NCBI GenBank assembly: GCA_964511345.1
Contig: CAZEEV010000004.1
Coordinates: 19,802 to 83,801 of the forward strand
DNA: 64,000 nucleotides
Reading direction: 5' to 3'
Source: an uncultured Pseudomonadales bacterium
GTDB taxonomy: Bacteria > Patescibacteriota > Microgenomatia > UBA1400 > PJMF01
The translations under genes and the position numbers were made by a program. This document shows positions 1 to 7,621 of this stretch, piece after piece. The notes beneath the pieces were generated by a model. That model was not told the origin of the DNA. It did not search any database and saw only the letters and a program-made list of their open reading frames with translations. The first letter of the stretch is position 1. Each line of letters starts with the position of its first letter.

Positions 1-2297
1 TAAATAATTTTACCTTCTTCATCAGTTGGTCTAGCGCAATCAGCACAGTACAGCTTAGTCAGCGGGTCGTAATAGAAACTATGTTCTTGTAAACTTAAAT
101 CCGTTGCTTCTTCTCCTTCTTTTGGAGGTAAACCAGTTTCAGCACGAATCCAATATTCTTTACGAAATGTACCGGAATAACTGGGTTTAGAGCTCTCCCA
201 GTACAATTCTTGACCTTTGGATTCACAGCTGGCAATGGGGTCAGTATCAGTGTTAGTGGAGGTAATACTAGTTTCATCATCGCCACTACTGACCAAAAGG
301 GTACCTAATCCTGCTTCTGAAGGCATGCCAGTGAGACAGACATTGCCGATTTTAACGTCACTGGGTTTATCTAACCAAATAGTTTCTTGATCTTGCAAAA
401 TATATGCCATGATATCGTGCCAAATGGGTGCTGCGCCAGTGATACCAGAGGCCAAATAGCTCATAGGTTTACTATTGTTATTACCAACCCAAACGATAGT
501 CAAATACTCTGGAGTATAGCCTACGGTCCAGTTATCTTTCAGATCGTTAGTAGTGCCTGTTTTAGCTGAGACGACTTTATTTTTGATGACTAATTCTGAA
601 TTAGTACCAAAGGCATTTTGGCGGGCATTATTATCTTGCAAAATGTGACTAGTCAGATATGCAGGGGCCCTTTCCATCACTCTTTTTGCAACACCATGCG
701 TATCAACTAAATCATTCTCTGTTAAATATAACAGGTCGTTTTTAGCTGACTCTGAATCATATTTTTCTAAAATTTCTCCCTTATAGTTACTAATTTCCAA
801 AATGCCGGTTAAAGGCACTCTGACGCCTTGGTTGGCTAGAACCCCAAAGGCCTCTGCCAATTCAATCATTTTGACCTCGCCTCCGCCCAAAGTTAGGGAC
901 AAACCATAATTGGCAGGGTCAGTCCAGGTGTTAATACCCATGAGTTTGGCTTGATTAATAAAAGTCTCAATACCAATGGTAGCCAGAGCCTTAACAGCAG
1001 GAATGTTAAGAGAGTTACCTAGAGATTGACGAATCGTCACTGGTCCCATGAAAGCACCTGTGTAATTTTTTGGACAATAATCTTTTTGACCGATCACTCT
1101 AAAACAAGTGGGCACATCTAGCAACATTGATCCAGGATTAAGAGTTTTTTGGGCAAAAGCTGTTGCGTACATAATAGGTTTGATAGATGAACCAGGTTGA
1201 CGGAGAGCTAGAGTGACATTGACTTGACCATCTCCTTCATTATCAAAATAGTCTTTTGAGCCAATCATGGCTAAAATTTCTCCGCTATTGGGTTTAGCTA
1301 CTATTGCGGCGCCGTTTCCCACTTTCATGTTGGTTAATTTTTTCACTTCACTTGATAAAGAGGCTTGAGCGGCCTCTTGTAGATCCAAGTCCAGAGTAGT
1401 CTTGACGCGCAAGCCACCGGTTTCAACCATCTTTTCACCATATTTAGTGTAGAGCAGGTCTTTGATATAAAAAACAAAATGAGGAGCTTTGATATCATCT
1501 TTTTTAATAGCGAAGTTAAGTACTTCGTTGCCTGCAGTTTCTGCTTCTGCTGTAGTAATGTATTTATCTTCTACCATGCGTCTTAACACTTCTTTTTGGC
1601 GGTTCTTACCTTTTTCTGGATTAGATCCAAATGGTGAATAAACAGTAGGAGCTTGAGGCAGACCAGCCAAAAGACTGGCTTCTGCCAAACTTAAATCTTT
1701 GGCCGACTTATTAAAGTATTTATTGGCGGCTGCTTCGACGCCCACTGCAGTGCCACCATAAGAAATATAATTGAGATACATTTCCAAAATTTCTTTTTTA
1801 CTATAAAGAACTTCTGTCATGACGGCTAAGACCGCTTCTTTGATTTTTCTTTGAAAAGTTTTCTCTTTGGTGAGTAAGGCATTTTTGACTAATTGCTGAG
1901 TGATGGTGGAGCCACCCTGCAGACTGCCACTTTTGAAGTTTTTCAAACCAGCACGTACTAAACCACTTAAATCTAAACCGTGATGTGAATAAAATTTTTT
2001 ATCTTCTATAGCGACCGTTGCTTGTAAAACATGGGCAGGTAAATCGTCTATATTGATAGGAATGCGATTTTCGTTACCATAAATCTCATAAAGAAGAGTG
2101 CCATTGCGATCGAAAATTTGGGTGCTGACTGGAAAATTTTCGTTAGCAGTTAAATTATTAGGAGAAGGAAGCTGCTTGTATAAATAGATCAAAATAGCTA
2201 CAAAAATGAATAAGCTTATCCACAGAATAAACTGATAAGAACGTTTATTTTTAGTTCTCTTATTTCTTTTTTTTTCGAATAAAAGAAAGGGATTCAT
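1..2297 (-). CDS. Class A penicillin-binding protein (PBP1A-type transglycosylase/transpeptidase), C-terminus runs off the window start
   Basis: Minus-strand reading frame from the ATG at 2297 stays open to position 1. The ORF track omits it because no stop lies inside the window. Translation begins MNPFLLFEKKRNKR, followed by a TM helix, GT51 motifs (EDKKFYSHHG, QGGSTITQQLVKN) and transpeptidase motifs (SGSSIKP, KTGTTN). It is a paralogue of the PBP at 7622..10066. Confidence 0.8.
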   Translation of the reverse strand, partial: MNPFLLFEKKRNKRTKNKRSYQFILWISLFIFVAILIYLYKQLPSPNNLTANENFPVSTQIFDRNGTLLYEIYGNENRIPINIDDLPAHVLQATVAIEDKKFYSHHGLDLSGLVRAGLKNFKSGSLQGGSTITQQLVKNALLTKEKTFQRKIKEAVLAVMTEVLYSKKEILEMYLNYISYGGTAVGVEAAANKYFNKSAKDLSLAEASLLAGLPQAPTVYSPFGSNPEKGKNRQKEVLRRMVEDKYITTAEAETAGNEVLNFAIKKDDIKAPHFVFYIKDLLYTKYGEKMVETGGLRVKTTLDLDLQEAAQASLSSEVKKLTNMKVGNGAAIVAKPNSGEILAMIGSKDYFDNEGDGQVNVTLALRQPGSSIKPIMYATAFAQKTLNPGSMLLDVPTCFRVIGQKDYCPKNYTGAFMGPVTIRQSLGNSLNIPAVKALATIGIETFINQAKLMGINTWTDPANYGLSLTLGGGEVKMIELAEAFGVLANQGVRVPLTGILEISNYKGEILEKYDSESAKNDLLYLTENDLVDTHGVAKRVMERAPAYLTSHILQDNNARQNAFGTNSELVIKNKVVSAKTGTTNDLKDNWTVGYTPEYLTIVWVGNNNSKPMSYLASGITGAAPIWHDIMAYILQDQETIWLDKPSDVKIGNVCLTGMPSEAGLGTLLVSSGDDETSITSTNTDTDPIASCESKGQELYWESSKPSYSGTFRKEYWIRAETGLPPKEGEEATDLSLQEHSFYYDPLTKLYCADCARPTDEEGKII

Positions 2298-2356
2298 CGT
2301 TTCATTATACCTCACCAGCTATTTTTATTTATTGAGAATTCTATTATAATCACCTC

Positions 2357-2836
2357 ATGGATTCACCTCAACAAACTATTTGGTACAGTTATTTAGACTC
2401 CCAGCAAAAAGACTTAGTTGATGTTAGTTTCGCCTTATTGCAGAAAAAAAATTTATTAACTGATTTAAAAGATTTTTCTTTTTTAGTTTTCCCTATGTCT
2501 AAAGCCTATGAAGGTTTTCTAAAAAAAGTTTTTTACGATTTACAATTAATTAGTAAAGACACTTATCAAGGTCGTCGCTTTCGTATTGGACGTGCTTTTA
2601 ATCCAGATATTCGTGAATATCAGAGAGATGAAGATTGGCTTTATGATGATGTAGAGCGTAAATTTGGTAAAGACGTTGCTAGACAATTATGGGAAACTTG
2701 GCTGCAATGTCGCAATCGAGTTTTCCACTTTTTTATTGCTGAGAGACAAACCCTGAGCTTTGATGAAGCGGTGGTAAAGATTAGAATGATTACCAACTCT
2801 ATACAATTAGTAGCAGAACAACTACAGAAAAACTAA
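2357..2836 (+). CDS. Hypothetical protein, possible HEPN-like fold
   Basis: 159-aa ORF of predicted all-alpha character. It has an R-x4-H signature (RNRVFH) near the C-terminus, as in HEPN RNase domains. No other recognisable family. Confidence 0.45.
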   Translation: MDSPQQTIWYSYLDSQQKDLVDVSFALLQKKNLLTDLKDFSFLVFPMSKAYEGFLKKVFYDLQLISKDTYQGRRFRIGRAFNPDIREYQRDEDWLYDDVERKFGKDVARQLWETWLQCRNRVFHFFIAERQTLSFDEAVVKIRMITNSIQLVAEQLQKN

Positions 2837-2867
2837 AGCAAATAACAAATAAGAAGAAAGACAATCT

Positions 2868-3485
2868 ATGCAATATAAATACCAAAACATCACTATTTCT
2901 GGCCTGCCAGGCTGCGGTTCAACGACTTTGCTGAGTTTACTAAGAGAAGAACTGGAAAAAGACCAATGGGTAGGTTTTTCTGGCGGTGAATTTATGCGAG
3001 CTTATGCTGTCGAGAAAGGTTTATTTAATCCTGCTCAATCTACTCACCATAGCGCCACTGTTTATAATGATGACTTTGATCGTCAAGTGGATTATGGTAT
3101 CAGAGAAAAAGTTAGTACAGGAGAGAAATGGATTATCGAATCTTGGTTATCTGGTTTTATGGCACAAAATGTTCCCGGTACACTAAAAGTACTCATGACT
3201 TGTAGTGATGATGCGGTCAGAATCGATCGTATTGTCAATCGAGATGACGTGGATGTTGAAGAAGCTAAAAAAAGTATCCACGATCGTTATCAGGGTAATT
3301 TAAACAAATGGCAACGCATGTATCATCAAGAATGGGAAGAATGGGTGGTTAAGACAGGTAAATTGCCAGCAACTGAGCCAATTGATTTTTGGCGTAGCGA
3401 GCTTTACGATTTAGTCATAGATACTTTTTCAAACAATAAAGAAAAGACTCTGCAACTAGTTTTAGATGCCATCAAAAAAAGCTAA
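2868..3485 (+). CDS. P-loop nucleoside monophosphate kinase, archaeal-type cytidylate kinase-like (Cytidylate_kin2-like)
   Basis: Walker A sequence ITISGLPGCGSTT at the N-terminus. The AVRIDRIVNRD ... EEAKKSIHDR segment resembles the lid region of archaeal-type CMP kinases. A canonical cmk is also present at 10230..10934. Confidence 0.55.
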   Translation: MQYKYQNITISGLPGCGSTTLLSLLREELEKDQWVGFSGGEFMRAYAVEKGLFNPAQSTHHSATVYNDDFDRQVDYGIREKVSTGEKWIIESWLSGFMAQNVPGTLKVLMTCSDDAVRIDRIVNRDDVDVEEAKKSIHDRYQGNLNKWQRMYHQEWEEWVVKTGKLPATEPIDFWRSELYDLVIDTFSNNKEKTLQLVLDAIKKS

Positions 3486-4140
3486 AAAAAGTACCATTAA
3501 TAGCAAAAGACATGAGGTATTTCTACCTCTTTTAGTTTTAACTTTTTTGTTGTGGATTTTTTATCGTTCTATTTTTCATTTTCCTATTTGGTTCGATGAA
3601 AGCATTGGTAAGCTAGTTTTTTTTGCTTTGCCAGTTTTGCTTTATGTTTCCATATCAGGAAATACTTCAATCTTTGCTACTTTTTCTTTCAAAAAATTGA
3701 AACCTGGCTTGTTGTTGGGTTTGGCGATAGGAGGTATTTTTGGTTTTGTAGGTGCTTTAGTTGGAGCCTTAAGTAAAGGTGGAGAAGTGATCTTTTTACC
3801 TCATTATTTTGCTGATTGGTTTTGGCGAGAAATGTTTTTAGCAGTAATGACTGGTTTTTGGGAAACTTTATTTTTCTTTAGTTTTGTCATGATTATTATT
3901 GAAGAGAAATTTCATTATTTTTCTGTGATGAAACAAGTGGCTCTAGTGGCTTTGATTTTTCTCTTATTTCATTTACCTAATACTATCACTCGGTTTGAAT
4001 CCACTAACTTATTTTTTCAAATCTTTTTACTTTTTGTTTTTGCTTGTGGTCAGGCTTTAATTTTTTATCAAAGACGTAACGCTTATTTGCTAGTTATGGT
4101 CCAGGCAATTTGGGGTATGGTTTTGTTAACCAATTTTTAA
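3466..4140 (+). CDS. Polytopic membrane protein (6-7 predicted TM helices), function unknown
   Basis: ORF rich in hydrophobic helices. A weak FxxxH/HxxxN-like pattern (FHYFS, FHLPN) is only suggestive of a CPBP-type protease. It overlaps the upstream gene by 20 nt. Confidence 0.45.
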   Translation: MPSKKAKKSTINSKRHEVFLPLLVLTFLLWIFYRSIFHFPIWFDESIGKLVFFALPVLLYVSISGNTSIFATFSFKKLKPGLLLGLAIGGIFGFVGALVGALSKGGEVIFLPHYFADWFWREMFLAVMTGFWETLFFFSFVMIIIEEKFHYFSVMKQVALVALIFLLFHLPNTITRFESTNLFFQIFLLFVFACGQALIFYQRRNAYLLVMVQAIWGMVLLTNF

Positions 4141-4146
4141 TTACTT

Positions 4147-4719
4147 ATGAAAAGAATTCATTATTTATTTATTTTGTTTGCTATGGGTTTTGCCAGTTTA
4201 ATTATTTTTGTTTCTTTGCAATCTGCTAATAAAAATAAAATGATTAGCAATGGTAAATTAATGTCGGGTAAATTTTATATAGCGAAAGAAATTTTGCCAG
4301 ATCACTCTTTTTATCCTTTTTTAATGATATTGGACCGTTTACGTTTGGAGTTGGCCGATGCAGAAAAGAGAATAGATCTGTTGGTTTCCAATGCTAACCG
4401 TCGTTTATTTTATAGTAAAAAGTTATTAGAAAAAAATAATCAAGATTTAGCCTTTATCACTTTTAGTAAGGCTATTAAATATATCAATCAGGCTTTAGAG
4501 GAGAATATTTTTCTACTAGAAAAAGCTAGTTTAAATAAAAAACAAGAATATCAAACTACTGCCTTTTTTGTTTTGGAAAATTTTGATAAACAAGCTAGTT
4601 TTTATACAGAATATCAAGCGCAATTTAGTGATGAAGAAAAATCCTTTTTGGATGCGCTCTTTTCTCAGGGTTCTGCTTTGCAAGATAATTTATGTAGTCT
4701 GATGAATCAATCAATTTAA
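4147..4719 (+). CDS. N-terminally membrane-anchored hypothetical protein
   Basis: 190-aa ORF with a single N-terminal TM helix followed by a predicted helical soluble domain. Confidence 0.45.
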   Translation: MKRIHYLFILFAMGFASLIIFVSLQSANKNKMISNGKLMSGKFYIAKEILPDHSFYPFLMILDRLRLELADAEKRIDLLVSNANRRLFYSKKLLEKNNQDLAFITFSKAIKYINQALEENIFLLEKASLNKKQEYQTTAFFVLENFDKQASFYTEYQAQFSDEEKSFLDALFSQGSALQDNLCSLMNQSI

Positions 4720-4790
4720 AATTGATATTGTTTGTTATAGTTGACAAGTAACCTGCCCCCGTGAGATTCTTTTAGTCCTGCTTTTATTAA

Positions 4791-4838
4791 CCACAAGATT
4801 TTGTGTTTTAATAGGCCATAAAACACTATAGGTTGGGA
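4791..4838 (+). promoter_or_regulatory. Two candidate NrdR boxes in tandem (ccacaagattttgtgt at 4791..4806; acactataggttggga at 4823..4838), about 32 bp apart
   Basis: Each is a partial match (about 12-13 of 16) to the acaCwAtATaTwGtgt NrdR-box consensus. They lie directly upstream of nrdR-nrdJ, and the 3-helical-turn spacing is typical of tandem NrdR boxes. Confidence 0.35.
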
Positions 4839-4850
4839 CTTGATAAATTT

Positions 4851-5303
4851 ATGCAATGTCCGTTTTGTAAGAGTAATGAAACAGCAGTTATTGATTCACG
4901 AGAGACGGAAAATGGTGATAGTGTGAGACGTAGAAGGGTGTGTGAAGCATGTAAACAACGTTTCACTACTTACGAAAGAGTTGAAGGTGTGGATTTAAAA
5001 GTAATTAAGAAAGATGGAGCGCAAGAGAACTTTGACAGAGAGAAAATTAAGAGAGGTTTGATTAAGGCTACCTGGAAACGTCCGGTTAGTATGCTACAAA
5101 TAGAACTCTTAATAGAAGATGTGGAAGCTAAATTACGTCAAAGAGAGGTTTTTGAGGTTAAGAGTTGGGAAATTGGTAACTTGGTACTCAATCGCCTCAA
5201 AAAGCTCGATCCACTTTCCTATCTGCTTTTCGCCAGTGTTTATCGAGATTTTGGCGAATTAGAGGATTTTGAAAATGAAATTAAAAAATTGAAAGAGGAT
5301 TAA
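4851..5303 (+). CDS. nrdR: Transcriptional repressor NrdR (zinc ribbon plus ATP-cone)
   Basis: MQCPFCKSNETAVIDSRE...RRRRVCEACKQRFTTYE zinc-ribbon, then an ATP-cone. The ORF track begins at a TTG at 4833; the ATG at 4851 matches the canonical NrdR N-terminus. Confidence 0.85.
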   Translation: MQCPFCKSNETAVIDSRETENGDSVRRRRVCEACKQRFTTYERVEGVDLKVIKKDGAQENFDREKIKRGLIKATWKRPVSMLQIELLIEDVEAKLRQREVFEVKSWEIGNLVLNRLKKLDPLSYLLFASVYRDFGELEDFENEIKKLKED

Positions 5304-5386
5304 CTCAGTCGCAAATGGTCTTATGTTAAAGAATTGAGTTAATTCCTAATATCAATAAAGGAATTAAAAAAAGGAAAGATTTATAT

Positions 5387-7576
5387 ATGACGCAAAAAGT
5401 CACTAGCAATCAGTTGCCTAAAAAGAAAATGAAATTTGTTGATCGTAAACTTTCTAAAGGTTTGGGGGAAGCTGTGGCTAAGCGTACTATTTTACGTACT
5501 AAAGAGAATGGTGAATTAGAAACTTGGGCTGATGTAGCTCGTCGCGTAGCTTTGGGTAACGCTGCTTTATTGCCAGAGAAATTCAAAAAAGATCGCAAGG
5601 GCGAATATGAATTATTGCGTAAGCATATTGCTAATGCTTCGCTTTTAATGAGTGGTCGCCACTTGCAACATGGTGATGAGAGTCAACCAGAGCGCAACAT
5701 GGAAGTTTTTACCAATTGTAGCACTGCTTCCTCTTCATTCTTGCTTTTTTATTTGCTTTTAAATGGTTCTGGCGTCGGTCGTGCTTATGATGACGCTTTG
5801 ATGGTGGTTGATTGGGATTACATGCCCATTGTTCGTTGCGTCTTAAGTGATGAGCACGCTGACTTTGTGTGGGGTGATGATGAAAGTACCCGTGAAGCTC
5901 ACCATAAATATGAAAATGCCCATTGGTTTGAAATTCCTGATACGAGAGAAGGTTGGGCTCAAGCGGTCGAAAAAATCGAAGAGATGGCTTACGAACGCAA
6001 ATTTAAAAATGACACTCTAATCTTAGATTTTACCAAAGTGAGAGCAAAAGGTTCGCCGATTGGTGGTATGCAAGGACGCCCAGCTTCTGGCCCACGTCCT
6101 TTAATTAAAGCCATTCAAAAAGTAGCAACAATCAAAGGTTCTGGCATGAAACCTTGGAAACAAGCTCTTTATGTCGATCATTATTTATCTGAATGTGTTT
6201 TAGTCGGTGGCGCTCGTCGTGCGGCTCGTATTGCCGTTAAAACTTGGACTGATCCAGATATTTTTGATTTTATCAGTATTAAAAAAGGTGGCTTTTTATG
6301 GTCAGCTAACAACAGTGTGGCAGTGGATGAGAAGTTTTGGAAACAACGTAGTTTGCATTCGATGAAGGTTTTAGATGCTGTGATGCGCGCTTCTTACTTT
6401 GATAAAACTGGTGAACCTGGTTTTGTGAATCAGCATAAATTGGTGCAAAACGACGATGGTTTTGATGGCTATTTAGATGGTGCTTATGCACGCAGTAAGA
6501 AGTTTGCTCCCATGAAGAAAACAGTCAAAATGCTAGCCGAAGTGGCGAGACATGCTGGAGCTAAATATTACACTCAAATCCCCAATCCCTGTGGTGAAAT
6601 TACTCTTAATATGTTAGGTGGTTATTGCGTGATTGCTGACGTGGTGCCTTATCATGCCCCAGATGTTGAAGCAGCTGAAGAAGCTTTTCGTGTGGCTACT
6701 CGGGCGCTGATGAGAGTCAATACTTATATGGACAGTTTATATTCTCGTGAAGTGAAGAGAACCAATCGTATTGGCGTTGGCATGACTGGGATTCACGAAT
6801 ATGCTTGGAATGCCTTTGGTTTGGCTTTTAGAGACTTAATTGATGAAGAAAAAGCTAAGGATTTCTGGATGACGATTGCTAGATTTAAACGAGCTGTTCA
6901 GGAAGAATCTATTAGTTATGCTAAGAAAATTGGGGCGAACGTTCCTCATACTAATACTACTATTAAACCAGCTGGTACAACTTCTAAGCTTTTCAGTCTT
7001 TCTGAAGGAGCTCATTTACCAGCCATGCGCGAATATATTCGTTGGGTGCAATTTAGTAGCGATGATCCATTAGTTAAAAAATATCAAAAATTAGGCTATC
7101 CAAGTAAAGAACTAAAAAGCTATCAGGGCACTACGGTAATTGGTTTTCCTACTCAGCCAGAAATTTGTAGTTTAGGGATGAATAGTAAATTGGTGACGGC
7201 CAGTGAGGCTACACCAGAAGAACAATATAAATGGTTGATGTTAATCGAAAAATACTGGATTGTAGGTGTTAATGAACAGGGCAAACCTTTAGCTGAAGAC
7301 AAAGGTAATCAAGTTTCTTACACTCTCAAATATGATCCAGAAAAGGTATCTTATCGTAAGTTTTCTAGTATGATTCGAAAATATCAGCCTTTAATTAAAA
7401 CTTGCAGTGTGATGCCAAAAATTGATGTCACAGCCTATGAGTATCAACCTGAAGAGGCTGTCACTATTGGGCAATTTATGCAAGTGATTAATGAAATTAG
7501 TGACGAAGACAACGAATTATTAGAAGATATTAACTTAGAACATTTGAAGTGCGATAGTGGTGCTTGTCCGATCTAA
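5387..7576 (+). CDS. nrdJ: Class II (adenosylcobalamin-dependent) ribonucleotide reductase
   Basis: 729-aa protein with the RNR active-site motif NPCGEI, a glycyl-radical-free architecture and a C-terminal Cys pair. Immediately downstream of nrdR. Confidence 0.75.
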   Translation: MTQKVTSNQLPKKKMKFVDRKLSKGLGEAVAKRTILRTKENGELETWADVARRVALGNAALLPEKFKKDRKGEYELLRKHIANASLLMSGRHLQHGDESQPERNMEVFTNCSTASSSFLLFYLLLNGSGVGRAYDDALMVVDWDYMPIVRCVLSDEHADFVWGDDESTREAHHKYENAHWFEIPDTREGWAQAVEKIEEMAYERKFKNDTLILDFTKVRAKGSPIGGMQGRPASGPRPLIKAIQKVATIKGSGMKPWKQALYVDHYLSECVLVGGARRAARIAVKTWTDPDIFDFISIKKGGFLWSANNSVAVDEKFWKQRSLHSMKVLDAVMRASYFDKTGEPGFVNQHKLVQNDDGFDGYLDGAYARSKKFAPMKKTVKMLAEVARHAGAKYYTQIPNPCGEITLNMLGGYCVIADVVPYHAPDVEAAEEAFRVATRALMRVNTYMDSLYSREVKRTNRIGVGMTGIHEYAWNAFGLAFRDLIDEEKAKDFWMTIARFKRAVQEESISYAKKIGANVPHTNTTIKPAGTTSKLFSLSEGAHLPAMREYIRWVQFSSDDPLVKKYQKLGYPSKELKSYQGTTVIGFPTQPEICSLGMNSKLVTASEATPEEQYKWLMLIEKYWIVGVNEQGKPLAEDKGNQVSYTLKYDPEKVSYRKFSSMIRKYQPLIKTCSVMPKIDVTAYEYQPEEAVTIGQFMQVINEISDEDNELLEDINLEHLKCDSGACPI

Positions 7577-7621
7577 TTTGACTACTTGTGAATGATTTTT
7601 TCATGCTAAAATATCGCCATT

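Noticed and set aside
2986-3186. 66-aa alternative-frame ORF inside the kinase-like gene
   Set aside because: Internal overlapping frame with a hydrophobic low-complexity product. The main frame carries the Walker A motif.
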